Below, piece after piece: positions 26,601 through 39,410 of a stretch of DNA of 64,000 nucleotides; within the stretch, counting starts at the first letter, position 1, and each line of letters starts with the position of its first letter. The stretch is taken from positions 9,939,061 through 10,003,060 of the forward strand of contig CM082584.2 of NCBI GenBank assembly GCA_040954595.2, read 5' to 3'. The notes under the pieces were generated by a model. It saw only the letters and a list, made by a program, of their open reading frames with translations, was not told the DNA's origin and searched no databases. The stretch is from Balanoglossus misakiensis (taxonomy: Eukaryota; Animalia; Hemichordata). The position numbers and the translations under genes are program-made.

Positions 26601-29600
26601 TACCTTGTCTCCAACTCAGGATATTCATTGTCCCATCCATAGGAGGGAAAGTCAAAGGGTTTGCCGACAGTCACGTTGCACTTTTCAACACGGATCAATG
26701 TGTTCTTTGGAACCCCATTACCTGTCAGTTGACAAACAATAAACTTGGGTGACACATGGAATTGAACACGGGGCTTTATAACAATGAACTGATTGTCCGA
26801 TAGGTTTAACGGAGGTTAAGATGTCACTGATATCTCAACCTTGACCATGGCAGCACACCAAGAATATGTCGAATAATATGGTTGGCCTACGCAGTCAACC
26901 ATGGTCTATCTAAGTATACACATACAAGACTATTATTGTTCACCTGGTCCATATCTGATTGACTATGGTCAACCATGGTAGGGATGATGGTATTGTCATC
27001 ATAAACCTTGCATTTTAGACCAAGGTCAATCATGGACATAATAGCCGCCTGCTGGGAAGACCATGATTGTGGCATCGTCACAAACCACGACCTTGATCTT
27101 TACGGCAATAGTTTCAGAGTTGCCTTAAGTGGACTCTGGCTCGCGAGAATTGGGTTGTGGACCATGGTCGGCAACCTGACTATGGTCTGGATATGTAACT
27201 GGCTTGCAACAGCGGTTTTAATGTAAAATATTCTCAGTGGGTAACATCAAAGCTCAAGCAAACAAAATAATATTTCAACGATCGACGGACGTGACAAAAG
27301 TACAGTATTTGCGTTGGATGACACTTGGATATTGTGCATGTTTGCCATAACGACAGAGAATATTAACAAAGAACTATACATTTGTAGCGATGACTCGGCA
27401 AAATCGTTTTATATACATCAGCAAAGTCTTTTTTTACTACACCATAATGATTCAGCATGTCTTGATCCTTCATACATGTATGTACAAGTGTAGTTTCTGT
27501 TTGGTATGTGTCACTTGCATATTGTGTATGTTTGCCATTTTGACAGAGAATAAACAGAGAACTTATAATAATGGTGAGCGGAGGATTAGATTACAAAGCA
27601 CATATTGGTGACTCAAACTCTGGTTTTATTCTGCATAAATGATTCAGCAGTCTTGATACTTCTTCATATGTAAAGTGTTTATTCTTCTGTTGGGTACATG
27701 TGCATGTTTGCAAAAATATGACACAGACTTGCAATGGTGACTCAGCAAAATCTTGTTTTAATAATTTACCCAGACCAATTTGTGCAGTAGTGTAGTTTCT
27801 GTTTGGCATTGTGTGTCACTTGCATACTGTGTCCGTTTGCTATTACAACAATTGATCTGTGTGGCCAGTGACTCGGCAAATTCTTGAATGAAGACTTGAG
27901 CACAATAACTCAGCTGATTTGATCCTTCGTATGTAAAGCACACAATAACATTCTCAATAGGTGATATGACCTGGGGCACCTGGTACCGATTTCAACTGCA
28001 CATAAACAAAGAATGCTGGGTGTGGTTTTGTAGTGAATCCAGATGACAGCTGCCAATACTTAGACAAACATGGCAACTGCTATTTCATTGCATAAACACC
28101 AGATTTCAATGGTTCACAAGTTGGTATGCAGGGCCTGTCAGGGCTGTTTGTGTGTTTTTTAAGATGTCACGTATGTAAGATAGAGCACGTACCTACACAT
28201 ATTTCGTTAGACCAGATCTTCAGGGAGCTTAAAGGATGCTCACTCAAAATGCCAAAAGCAAAAGTCAAATTACTTGGGACCGAGGAATGCCCTGCTGTGA
28301 TGCCAATTAACCTTTGTGTTTTTTTTTATTCATCGTGAATATTTTTCTTTTACCGATTGTGATCGTACTGCCTAAAATGCCAATTAACCTTTGTTTTTTC
28401 TTTATATTCATCGTGAATATTTTTTCTCTTTCTGATTGTTATTGTATCGTCTAAACCAATGAAAAATGCTCACCTGAAGACAGCGGTGCATACTTCCAGT
28501 TTCTGGGCGGCTTGACCAGTTCAACCGGGAGCTGTCTGATGAGAACTGAGGAGGTTTCAATGTGTATTCGTTCGTGTTCAATTCCCATGAACACAGCCCA
28601 CTGTAATGCAGCATGAATGCACTGTGAGTTAAAATGTCTACAACCATCTTTAGAGGTCAAGGCTTAGGAAAACAATGGGTTTAGACTTGACCATGATGGT
28701 GAAAGGGTTAAAAGGGATAAGTCTGTCTGCATGTGTGCAGTACTACTTAGAGTCTCAGCCACCATTGTTTTATGTGCACTTTCTCGTATTTGTCACAAAC
28801 CTACATAAACCCATGTTTCATTAATTTGAAACGTATGAAAGCCAATCACAAGACAGCCAGGGTTCTATACCTACCCACGGGCTTTCTTGATTGATTGGCA
28901 ATTGCAGGGGTGTGTCTTCGATAACTTTCAGAACAAGATTTTTCACTTTTCTTCGGTACTCTGTCACTTCTTTGATGCTGGGCCACTTGAAACTTCCACC
29001 CATACGGTAGTTTTCCTACACCAAGACACAAAATTAATGTAGACAAGTTTAATTTATAGAAAAAATCTGTACATTCACATTCCCATTGACTATATCAATT
29101 AACACTTTTCATTACTTCTATCACAAACGGTCTATAGTTCTATAACTTACATATTGTTGTTGGTATGAATGAATCCATCATCTTGATATTTAACTCTACA
29201 AAAAAGTCTGTATTACTGCAGTTGCATTAACCAAAGCCTGCACTCAATCGCCACTGTAACTCATATTCCAGTAAGGTTTTCCATAATGTTTTTCGTGCTA
29301 GAATTTTGATTTTTGATGACTATTACTAGAAATACCAGAATGCACAGTCGTGTATGGATCATGAAAATGACCGGTTGTTGTTGTCACAGTGAGGAGTGTA
29401 CAAAATCGCAAACCACGCATTTTTTACAAAAATACTTGTTTTTCCATGACTACTGTATTAATAACTCACCGTGTCATCCCAAGACATCTCATCAACACCA
29501 GTTTCAAAGAGTGTCTCAAACTCAAAGTTCACACGTTCCTAAACAATGGCACAAAAAAGCATTATTCAACAATAGGCAGTCTCAAATTAAATCCTTATAA

Positions 29601-31831
29601 AGATCACAAAGAAATAATGAAGGTGAGATACCGATTTCACCTCATCCGTTCCCCCCCCCCCCCACACACAAATTAAAACTGAAATTACACAAAAAAATCA
29701 TCAAATACTGAAGAAAAAAAACAGCAGATATACCTGTACTGATGATAATGATGATTGATGACAATAAATTTACAAATCAAAGAAAACACCGAACTTTCAT
29801 CACGTTGTCTTACCTCTATAAGCCCAGCTAAAAGAAGCTTATTCACATAAACTGTGGCTGTGTGGGCATAGTAGAATATTAATGGTAGTCGCAGCCTATC
29901 GGGACATTTGTAGAATACTGAATCATCTGGTGCATAGAAATAACAAAACAAAATTAATTGAAAGACTCAAGAAATCAATGCTGGCACAGCAATGTATAGC
30001 TTTGTGGGACAGACTTATTTTCAAGTCCAAATTGCATGTTGTGTTTCTTGTGTCACTAGTTCACAAGGGCATTAGGACCAAAACCAGCCTGCCAAAATCC
30101 AGTAATCTCAAAAAGGGTTTTAATTCCATCAATTGAATGATGTTGCCCAATACTAGTATATCAAGATAGCACAAACTATGACAATTATCCCAAAAGTTGC
30201 AGCTCATGGAGAATTAAACATCAGAAACGAGAAAACGTACACGTAGATCGATGAATAAAGATATTATTTTGAGGCACAGATCGTTGTGTAAAAAATATTT
30301 TCGTAACTCTGTAATATCCTGCAGCAGTACATGTACAAAATTGTACGTTCATGTCTGAACATGTTGTGTGTATGGTTACACAGAATATGGCAGAATTACA
30401 TTGAAATTGATATTTCTGAGACAGGTCAGGGCTTCCAACATGCCTGATTCTTGCCCAAGACATGCAGCCTTGCCCAGGCTTGATTGGATCAGTAGCACAG
30501 ACGAGGTCAAAGTGCATTGTATACTGTACGCTACAGTAATCGAAAGTACTGGGTAATAACTTTTACAGCTATGCTGGGCTGGGCACTCGACTGAGCATGC
30601 GTGGTGATGCAGTGAAATGTGGTACATACATGTACTAAGAGCTGAATTTGATTATTTTTGTGCGATTTGGTAGGCCCAGAAAGCAGTACTATATGTACTA
30701 AAGAGAAAGTGGACCAGTCGAGCACCACTTAGAGGTATACAGCCACCTTTAATTTACATATGCCTATATATGGCCAAAAGGGCGTGTCCAAGTTGCAAAC
30801 GACCACGTGGTGTCGCACTGAAAATCTGTAATTGGCTGTATAATTCTCCATGGGAACAGTGGTTAAATTAGTGGTTTAACATTCACATAGTTGTACAGAG
30901 AAGAATTTGGGTTGTGTTTTGTTCAGGGTGATGCATTCTTTATCACTGAAGCATATTCCAACAAAACCAGCCTTGTCCACACATTGAACAATGATTACAC
31001 TGTGTTAAGTGATAGCATCAGGTCATTCAGTTGTGGAGACGATCCCTCTTAACCTTGGGATAGGTCACTGTGTTCTAATTCTGTTGCTGCCACCTCTCAT
31101 ACATCTGACCAGCTACATGTACCAACTTTCAAAACTTGCACTTAGGCCAGGACAACCGACCAATCGGACAACATCTTACAAGGAATATTATATTAAATTT
31201 GTAGACCGTCAATATGAGTTTGTGTGCAATATAACTGATACTCATCTTACGAAGGTTGGTGAAGTACAGCAATGAAACGCGCATCATGCACATATATAGA
31301 ATTGTGCGCAACTGTGCTCTGAAGTTGAAATTGTAAATTAACAAGGTGTGAACAGATGGCAGCTTGGCATGGCCACCATACACATAAATTGTGTGTGACG
31401 TATTTGTTTACAACCCAATCTAATTGGCAACTGAGAAACAGGAATCTGTGGTAGCTGGTCAGGTACTGGAAATGGCAAAACAAAAACAGCAAATACTTAA
31501 AATTGGTTTAAATACTGCATATCTGCTTTCGAAGACAAATGGCCAACGCTTGCTTACCTTTCAGACCTGTGTACAAGCTCTCATTGAGTTCATAGGAGTT
31601 TTCAAAGTATGCCCTGATCTCACTGAAATGTGACAAAAGGATAACAAAATGTGATGGTGGAACAGAACATGAAGAGACTCAGTCTCTCCTGGGACATTCA
31701 CAATTAAATGGTATTGGCGATACCCTTGAACTTTAAAATTGCTGATTTACTCACTCTTTGGTGGTGTTGGACAAATCCACAGGTTTCATCGATGTCAGGC
31801 AGTATTTTCCCGTTAGTAGCAGTTCCTCCAT
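20695..31831 (-). CDS. ovoA: OvoA, 5-histidylcysteine sulfoxide synthase / ovothiol synthase (DinB-like + FGE-sulfatase + SAM methyltransferase domains), 776 aa
   Basis: 18 phase-consistent coding exons on the minus strand: 31831-31755, 31622-31558, 29926-29814, 29538-29470, 29015-28875, 28600-28474, 26721-26604, 26409-26246, 25838-25676, 25460-25313, 25053-24967, 24754-24590, 24448-24274, 24124-23865, 23760-23578, 23433-23355, 21021-20916, 20785-20695. Total 2331 nt = 776 aa + TAG. Hallmarks: YFENSYELNE, PDRLRLPLIFYYAHTA, FETGVDEMSWDD, iron motif HERIHIE (HX3HXE), YGWDNEY, WPVDVNYHEA, RLPTEAE, GNVWEW, YDDFS, GGSWVSTG, FRRHFFQHLGFR, MT motif FGCGPGR. Confidence 0.97.
21327..21479. mobile_element. 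153-bp MITE with perfect terminal inverted repeats and TTAA ends (Kolobok-like)
   Basis: TTAAAGTGGAACGTT at 21327-21341 and its exact reverse complement AACGTTCCACTTTAA at 21465-21479. TTAA flanks with AG...CT termini fit Kolobok better than piggyBac (CC...GG). Confidence 0.7.
23019..23200. mobile_element. MITE-like remnant with inverted repeats (Tc1/mariner-type TA-CAGT start)
   Basis: Starts TACAGTAAAACC. Perfect 16-bp inverted repeat CATGTCTAAACCGAAC (23033-23048) / GTTCGGTTTAGACATG (23179-23194); internal direct repeat CAAAGGGACTG. Confidence 0.55.
26835..27190. repeat. Degenerate repeat built on palindromic GACCATGGTC-like units (OvoA intron)
   Basis: Variants gaccatgg, caaccatggtc, gactatggtcaaccatgg, gaccaaggtc, gaccatgatt, gaccatggtc, gactatggtc within about 350 bp. 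Confidence 0.55.
27310..27940. repeat. Degenerate tandem repeat (about 150-200 bp unit, 3-4 copies) in OvoA intron
   Basis: Recurring blocks atattgtg(c/t)atgtttgcc, gacagagaata, tgactc(g/a)gcaaa, atgattcagca.gtcttgat and tgtagtttctgtttgg...gtgtcacttgcata. Confidence 0.7.
28301..28455. repeat. Two-copy ~77 bp tandem duplication in OvoA intron
   Basis: TGCCAATTAACCTTTG...TATTCATCGTGAATATTTTT at 28301 and 28378. Confidence 0.85.
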
Positions 31832-34800
31832 GATGTTCTTCAATCAGTAACGATTTCTATGAAAATAACAAAACCAATATTGTCATTTCTGCTAATTCAA
31901 GGAAACAACTTCTGTTTAAACTCTTCTAGGTAGATGATAGCGTGGGCCATTTATTGATTTGCAAAACAATCATCTATAAATCTAATTACTGCCATGGTAT
32001 TATTTTTGTAACATGACATTTTATAAACATTAATACCATCAATCTAGCTGTCACTAAAGCCAATTAATTTTAGTAATTAAATTTCGTGCAATTTCATGTC
32101 AGAACATGTTCCCAGGGGCAAGTTGCCCCAGGTTTGTATAGAAAAAAATGATAAATATCATACAAAAGCTGAGCTAATGGTGGTTTCATGCACAGACCTT
32201 CTTGTTGTTTATTAATTGGTGCAGTATAGGTCAGAGTTTGATGGAAAACAACTTGGTTGACTACATTTAACTAATGACCTAAGGCACAATGACACTGCAG
32301 TTTTTCCATCAGAAGCCCAAGTATGCTCAATAATTAGGGTACGCACAACTATCTGACATTAATGACAGTACCATACTCTTTGAATGAAGTCTGATGAAGT
32401 CTTAGTATCTCAGAGCTTTGACCAACGTCTAACTTTATCTCATTTGCTCAGTACAAAGGTAATGGATGATTATCACATCCATGGTTCAAAAGGTAAATGA
32501 TGTCCTTGTATTTTTAGTTTGGGATGGCAATCAGTGGTGCAGCTGGACCACAGATGCAATTTTCATGGGGGCTAAAAAAAGTTCTGAAATTGGGAACCTG
32601 TCTTTACAGGCATTTCAAACCTTAAAACATGTTCTAGTTCTTGTGTTCCAATTTTTGTTTTGTTTTGGCGCCCTAGTTTGTTTTTGAAGCTGTTACTCCA
32701 GTAATGATTCATGACTTTTGGCCGAGATGGCAGCTTGGACTTTGGAAACAGAAGTTAATAGTAACCAAATGTGAAGTGTGAAATGACTATTTTGAGCATA
32801 AAATATGCATTTTCCGTCACTGAAGAATTATAAACAAGGTCAGGTCAAGGACTGTTTTTTGTTTGTATGGCACACATCAACACGTGAGTGCACGATTCCA
32901 CAGGTCAACCAGTACGTATTGGGATTGGTACGAGTGTCGATACAAGACCAATCTTGCCTACAACTACTGCTTCTGATTGACCTTTGACATTTGCCCTTCC
33001 ACGGATGACTGAATGAATGAATGATGAATGAATGAATGGAATTTCACACACCAGTAACACTGTTCCGACCCCATTCAATGAATGGTTGTAATTAGAAATA
33101 TGAAATAAAATATTAACGATGATTGCCAATTTAATTTTAATACAAGAATATGGGCTAATACCAGTAAAATATATTGCAAAGCTGACAGGATTGTTTCTTG
33201 CGGTATTAAGCGCCAGTGGCTTATTCCAACCAATTACAGTCTTGTCAATTTTGATCATTTGCATGGAAGGGGGGTACGAATTTTACCATTTTTGAAATAA
33301 CCTAGAAGTCCGGCTACTTTCACTTTCCCTTTTGAAACAAAACCTTGGAGACAGTTTCACTTTCATTTCTTGTTCGGTTCCTTCCTCGTAAGGACGAATG
33401 TCAACAAAACTTACCATGGAAACAAATTGACCATACAAAGTTGAGTGGGGGGAATTTTTGTAAAAGTCTTTTATTTCACCTTTTGATAAATACATGCTCA
33501 ACCATGCAGGTACAAAGGAGTTAATTGCAATTATTAAGTCACGACTCACTGCTGATTACCATTATAACTCTGAGGATGTTGTTATTATTACATGGTACAC
33601 GTACACCAGAGTTTCGTATTTGTAGGTGAACCTCTTTGAATTGTTTTTAATACACTAATATTAAACCAACTCTCATTTTATTGGTGTAAATTATTCATCT
33701 CTGTGATCTAGGCATTGAAAAATTCTGTGAGTTGTCTGGTCTGATACTAGAACCCATACAGAAGAATACCATACTGCAAACGCCCATCCTGGAAGTCGGA
33801 CAGCTCAATAGATAGTTGACAGAGGAAGCATATGACAACATCACTTTCCTCTACTTTGGGATAGTAGTATATGTGTGCAGCAGTAGCATACCTCCATCAT
33901 TGCTCTGATATAAAAATATGTTTGTCCTTAATTGATATTTAAACTGCAATTATATCCTCTGCAGTTCCATCTGTTTTGGCAGAGAATTTATGCTATATAT
34001 ATATGTCAAAGTCTGGTCTAGGCACTTAATATATATCAGATTTCTACCCTCATTTTTTTAAAATTAATACATCTTTCTATATTTTTGGATGTTGTTGTAA
34101 AAGGTGGCTACGACTGAAAAGTGTTTTTATTATAATGAAGTACCGATTTCAACCTCTAGCTCTGTCTGAATATTGGGGAGACACATTGCATTCATTCACC
34201 TCAGAGCATCTTTGTCTTTTTTAACTATTCATTCAGTTGTACACAATTAGGTTTTTTACTCTTTAACTCAGTCTTGTATTGTGTGCACATCACATAATAG
34301 CGTAGTGTTCTTTCACGTATAAAAGCTGTCTGAGTGGGCCAGGCTACTGCCTTGACAAAGTTTGAAAAGTTTCCACAGACATGTGGTAATCAATGATCAG
34401 AGTCGTTACATAACACAAAGGATGAGTTTACACTGTTATGACACTCCAAACATGACCCCTGACCTTGGAAATGCAGGGGGGGGTCATAATAAACAACTAT
34501 AAAAGGGCAATCTGCACACCTCTTTTATCAGCTGTATCTGACATGAACAGATTAACTTGATAAAGATTTCAATGGAAAACAGAGATTTGCAGCTTCATAA
34601 TTATTCAATGTCAACGTAACCTTCAGCAAAAACCAGATAGAGATTGAAATTTGCCCCTTATAATGAATGTGTTTGTATTATCTCACTCAGCCATGCCCGG
34701 GCCAAGGCACCACACTACTGGTGACTGTCAATAATGGCTTATAGCCTTTTCATGGAGATGAAAATTTACTGCTCCCAGAATGTGTATGAATGCAAAAGTA

Positions 34801-37303
34801 CAGCCGTGGAAAGATTTCCATTGAGAAGTCTGCACCTGTGGTCTGCTATCATAGTACAAGCATAAATTATTATTTCATTGGATTTTCACACTAAACAGAA
34901 ACACTTGCAAAGTGCTAAGATTAAAAGCAAACAAGTCAATACCTTGTGTACCTTTTAACACTGGACACTAATGGATCAATTGTTTACAAATGAACCAGGC
35001 CAGCAATTAAGAAAACAAAAATAGGGCTTCTCAGGAAAGAATCACCACTTTTAAAATTTTAAAATCACCACTTTTAAAATAGATTTTTAAATGCCACATT
35101 TCTTAGTTTTGTCAGCCATGGAGCTTTTTTAATCTGTTCAAATTAAGGGCTTGATCTGTGACATGTTTTTTTCATGATAAAGTGAATGAATCTGTAGAAA
35201 ACAGAACTTTCTGTTTGCTGCTATTTGATTGCACTAACTTGGAATTTCACTGGGTTTTTCCTTGCTACACTAAAATATGGGAACATGGTTTTTGCCCACA
35301 AAACATACTTTTGTGAAGACACGCACACATGCAAAAAACATGTAGTATACTGTATAGAGCCTAGACTACACTGCTATACATGCGTGCACATGCTGTCATA
35401 TTTGTCTAAGTCAGTTTTTGGTTGGGTTAAACCTAGGTGTACGTGTTCTGGAAAATTGTTGGCATGCTGCCCCTTTCCGTGACCGACAGCTGTACTTGTT
35501 TTGTCATGATTGACGGCGAGGGAACAACTTAACGAGGCTTTTTTGTAGGGAAACAACTGTTTTGCTGCTGCGGCCAGAATCGAAAGAGTCCCCCCCCCCC
35601 CCTCCCTCCGGTCCTACACTATGGTCCTTCATACGCAACATGACGCATGAAATGAACACTTGTGCAAAAAAAAAAAAAAAAAAAACGTATTACGTTTTTT
35701 TTGCGCAAGTGCAAGTAACGTTTTTGTGCGGTCGGCACTTTGTGCAGTAGTGTTACTATAGTTAGAAGATGCGATAATTCATAGGACACTCAGCTCCGTG
35801 TAAAGGTACGGAGAAAAGCGGACACTACACGACTAAATACTGCGCTGAAATGGGCTCTCCGAAACGGAAAATGCGGACGATGATGGGGCAACGTGTATTA
35901 CATAACATTTTATTTGAGTGTGCAGCACGTTAAAACGGTACGTAACTTGTGACGTCGTGGGAGTTCGCCTTATTTGTACAAAAATCTTCTCGCCCCAAAC
36001 GCTATTTTTTGCATTTGGCAAGCGGGCAGCGGAAACATACACCATGACATGCAACCGATTTATGTTCGATTTCTGGACGGAGATGTTTGGCTCCGGACCG
36101 TAGCAAATTTCAGCCAAATATCGCAGAATGTAGACGTCTCTTGTAAGTTGTTACGTGTTGTATGGGAGGTACATGTACTTTACAGACGACCTGTTCTGGT
36201 TCTCAAAGAAGCTCACATTTCAATAACAAAGCTAAGCGTACGCACGCACCGCTATACACGTACTACGCTTTCCCAAATTTTGTCACGGAAGGGATCCTCG
36301 CACGTCGCAAAAATAAGATATTGATATTGGTGTATGGATCATTGTCAACACAGGACTTGGGTAGCAGAAGTGTCCCCCACCCCCACCCCACCCACCCCTG
36401 CTGGAGTATGCGGCAATGTGGGTCAGGTCAGCATGCATATTTAGTTGACGGGGGAGGGGCGTGTCTTATGGCAGGACTTAACAGACTGACTGACTTGAGT
36501 CTCAACTCTAAAAATGGATTACACAACTAATCCACACTAGAATCACACATTTCGAAATTTACTTTATTCCACACAAATTATTCAATTTAAAACGAGAGAA
36601 AGTCATGCCAATTTCAAATTTGTATGGTACTTGAATAAAACACTAAACTCAACCACAGAGACTAAAGCACTTTTTATTTGAAACCGTTGTTCTTCTACAG
36701 ACTTGAAAACTGCTGACATCATGCTTACACAGCGCTGGTCCATGTATTGATCCTTTAGCCATCGGTTATGCAAGAGTTTGCCCTTAGCTGTAATATTTGC
36801 ATTGCTGGTAAAAGGTTTGGGCCAAGGCAGTTATCACACAGCTGAGATGATAAGTAGTGCATATAAGCATTAACAGTACAGTGTGTACTAGTAGCACTCG
36901 TTTGTCCATCCTTCGAGTTACATATCATACCACACAGGTGCAGATGGACTATGGCTTACAGCAAAGTCAATGTGCTTGTCTGAGGTGATATAATTACAAC
37001 GAAATACTAAATACTTAACAATAGCATAATAATGACGAGCACGATTGTTTGGTCGTAACTATGGATGTCCCGGCCACAGATAAATGAATGATTATAACAT
37101 TGCTGAATAATTCATAATCATGATCAGATAACCATCCTTCACCGGCCGGACCGGCTACAGTAGTGTGACGACCCCCACTTAGGGAGGGGTCTGCTCGGGG
37201 TCCCCGACCGGCCTGCTGACAGCATTCCAGTCGATTCGCTAAAAACCATGTTAAACACACATGTCTAGAAAAGAAACGTCGAAACTTAAACGCATCTGGG
37301 TAT

Positions 37304-37340
37304 CAATAATAATAACAATAATAATAATAATAACAATAAT
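37304..37340. repeat. (AAT)n microsatellite
   Basis: aataataataacaataataataataataacaataat read directly. Confidence 0.85.
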
Positions 37341-39277
37341 ACGTACCTTCTATGCTGTACTAGATGAAACAAAGTCAAAATCGGCAAATTCCCTCTAGCA
37401 AATAAGTCAATGATCCAACTTATTCTGGAAACCTTCCCTGTTTTGTCCGTAATGTCAGACGGAGCTTCTTGGAGATCAGTGCAGTGCAAATCCTGTAACA
37501 TTAACAAAGTCATGGACGCGGATGTAGCACAGATTACAGGGGGGCTCGTGATATAAGTGATTTTTTTAAATAGTGAAAGAAAGATTCTAACCCACTGTAT
37601 ACAGGGCATGTTGATTAATGAGGTCGAGGTAACTCATCCCCATTCGCCCGCTCAATATGATGATTTTACATGAATGCAGGGATGTTTCACACACATAACC
37701 CTGAAACATACATACATAACCCTAATATTACAGACATCACGCAAGGGAGGGGGGAATGAGGTCTATCTGCATCTTTAACCTCTCCCTGGATTGGCACTGA
37801 ATGAGTACTAGTATACCGATTTCCCACCTGATATTTGTCTGCTGGGGAAAACCACGGCTGTGACTTACCTGACAGACTGAATATAATAATGCCAGTGAGT
37901 CCAGGCGGGTTCGTCAGTCTAGTCTTGGAGTTCAACCACGCCTGATGCTTCCTCTGTGCAAAATGACCCATTTCCCTCTTGAATGAGCAACTCAGCCCGG
38001 TTTGTTTCGACCATTCCATTTTTACCAAAGGGGTGGCATATGCTATACTTAGAAGAGGGGCAAGCATCGTCAGATCCGGGAGTCAAGCCCTTGTCGAATT
38101 GTCCCCACGCCTGTCCACGCAGTAAAATATAAATGTTCTGCGCAACTTTATTTATCAATTATTAGATTTCTGTAAAATAATTACCCATGGAGCTACCACC
38201 TGACCGAAAGTTCAAAAACCAGTGGGCGTACCCAATGACAAAGCTAATATAAGATTATTTGCCAATACCAAACGAATTTTAAGACAAAAGATTATCGGCT
38301 GTATCTTGTCCTGGCATTGTTCCAAGACAAAAGACATAAATTAAAATCGGGAGAATAAATGAAACACAAAAGGACCGTAAAAAAACAGAAAAACAGAACA
38401 AAAGTAGAAGCTCAGAATTATTACAGATTCGTCAAAAACGTTCCCACATAAAAATTAACAGCATTAAACCAAGTGTAAAAGTACGCGGAAAAAAATAGTC
38501 GAGGAAACAAGCTCGGTGCGTTGATTCAATATATACATCTCATATCCGCGTTGATGATGTGGAGCTTTTCCGCCAAACAGTCAGAGATGCAATCTCATCC
38601 CGGAAGGAGTGAGGAGATCAGATATATACGAAGTCTACTTTCTAGACTACCAGCACATTTACTATCTGAAAGGATGGTCAACTCATCAACCCGAAATATG
38701 TCGCCGAGGGGGACGTTTTATTCTACAGGTAGTCAATTTCGAACGATGGGTTTACTACCAGTAAATTAAACTTTAAAGTTTAGATTTCGATGTACCTTAA
38801 GTCAATTCTAATTAAGCTTTCTAAATTAAAACAACCCTCCATGTATTGAATACAAAATGCAGTCTTTATCACCGTGACGAATTTTTTTTCTCGATCCCTT
38901 TATACATCATTTTTTCACAACAGTCCAATTCATTTTCCCGTAAGACTAGTAGGCCTTTATAAAATAAGCAAATACAATCTGCAATGCAGGGCAAGTTAAA
39001 CAGAAGGCTTTCTTCAGTTTGTCGACGTTTCGTCAGACATAGCCATCCTTTGTTAGTTTCTAGGGATTCTTTCGTTTTTACTTCTGCTTTACTTTTTGTT
39101 GTGTTCAGTTCATTTAGATTATTGTTTCTCCTGTGCGGCGTTGTTGACTTTGTCGAAACTGCATTTACGAGAAAGTAATTTCTTGGATGTATCTCGTTCG
39201 GTATTTCGTATATCTTTGTTGCTAATTTACCGTTATGTGTTATGATACGTTTTATGATATTATCATAAACCACACGG

Positions 39278-39410
39278 TATCCTTTTTTTTCACATTTCAG
39301 TGAGATCAGGACAGGCTTTGAAAACTCCTATGAACTCAATGAGAGCTTGTACACAGGTCTTAAAGGTAAGCGTGGGCCATTCGTCTTTGAAAGCACACAT
39401 GGAGCATCAT
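39278..39410 (+). pseudogene. Inverted duplicate of OvoA coding exon 2 with both splice sites and flanking intron
   Basis: 39301-39365 matches the reverse complement of 31558-31622 at 61/65 nt (EIRTGFENSYELNESLYTGLK vs EIRAYFENSYELNESLYTGLK). The acceptor cacatttcag, donor gtaagc and about 45 nt of downstream intron also match. Confidence 0.9.

Noticed and set aside
26835-28455. Repeat arrays as CRISPR-like
   Set aside because: Eukaryotic intron, degenerate units of variable length, no repeat-spacer regularity and no cas genes.
20695-31831. Alternative identities: EgtB (ergothioneine), SUMF1/FGE, a selenoprotein, or bacterial contamination
   Set aside because: C-terminal methyltransferase plus GVDEMSWDD and RRHFFQH motifs are OvoA-specific. 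There is no in-frame TGA, and 17 spliceosomal introns show it is a native nuclear gene.
37286-37609. ORF ending in poly-Leu (signal or TM-like)
   Set aside because: The poly-Leu is the translation of an (AAT)n microsatellite.
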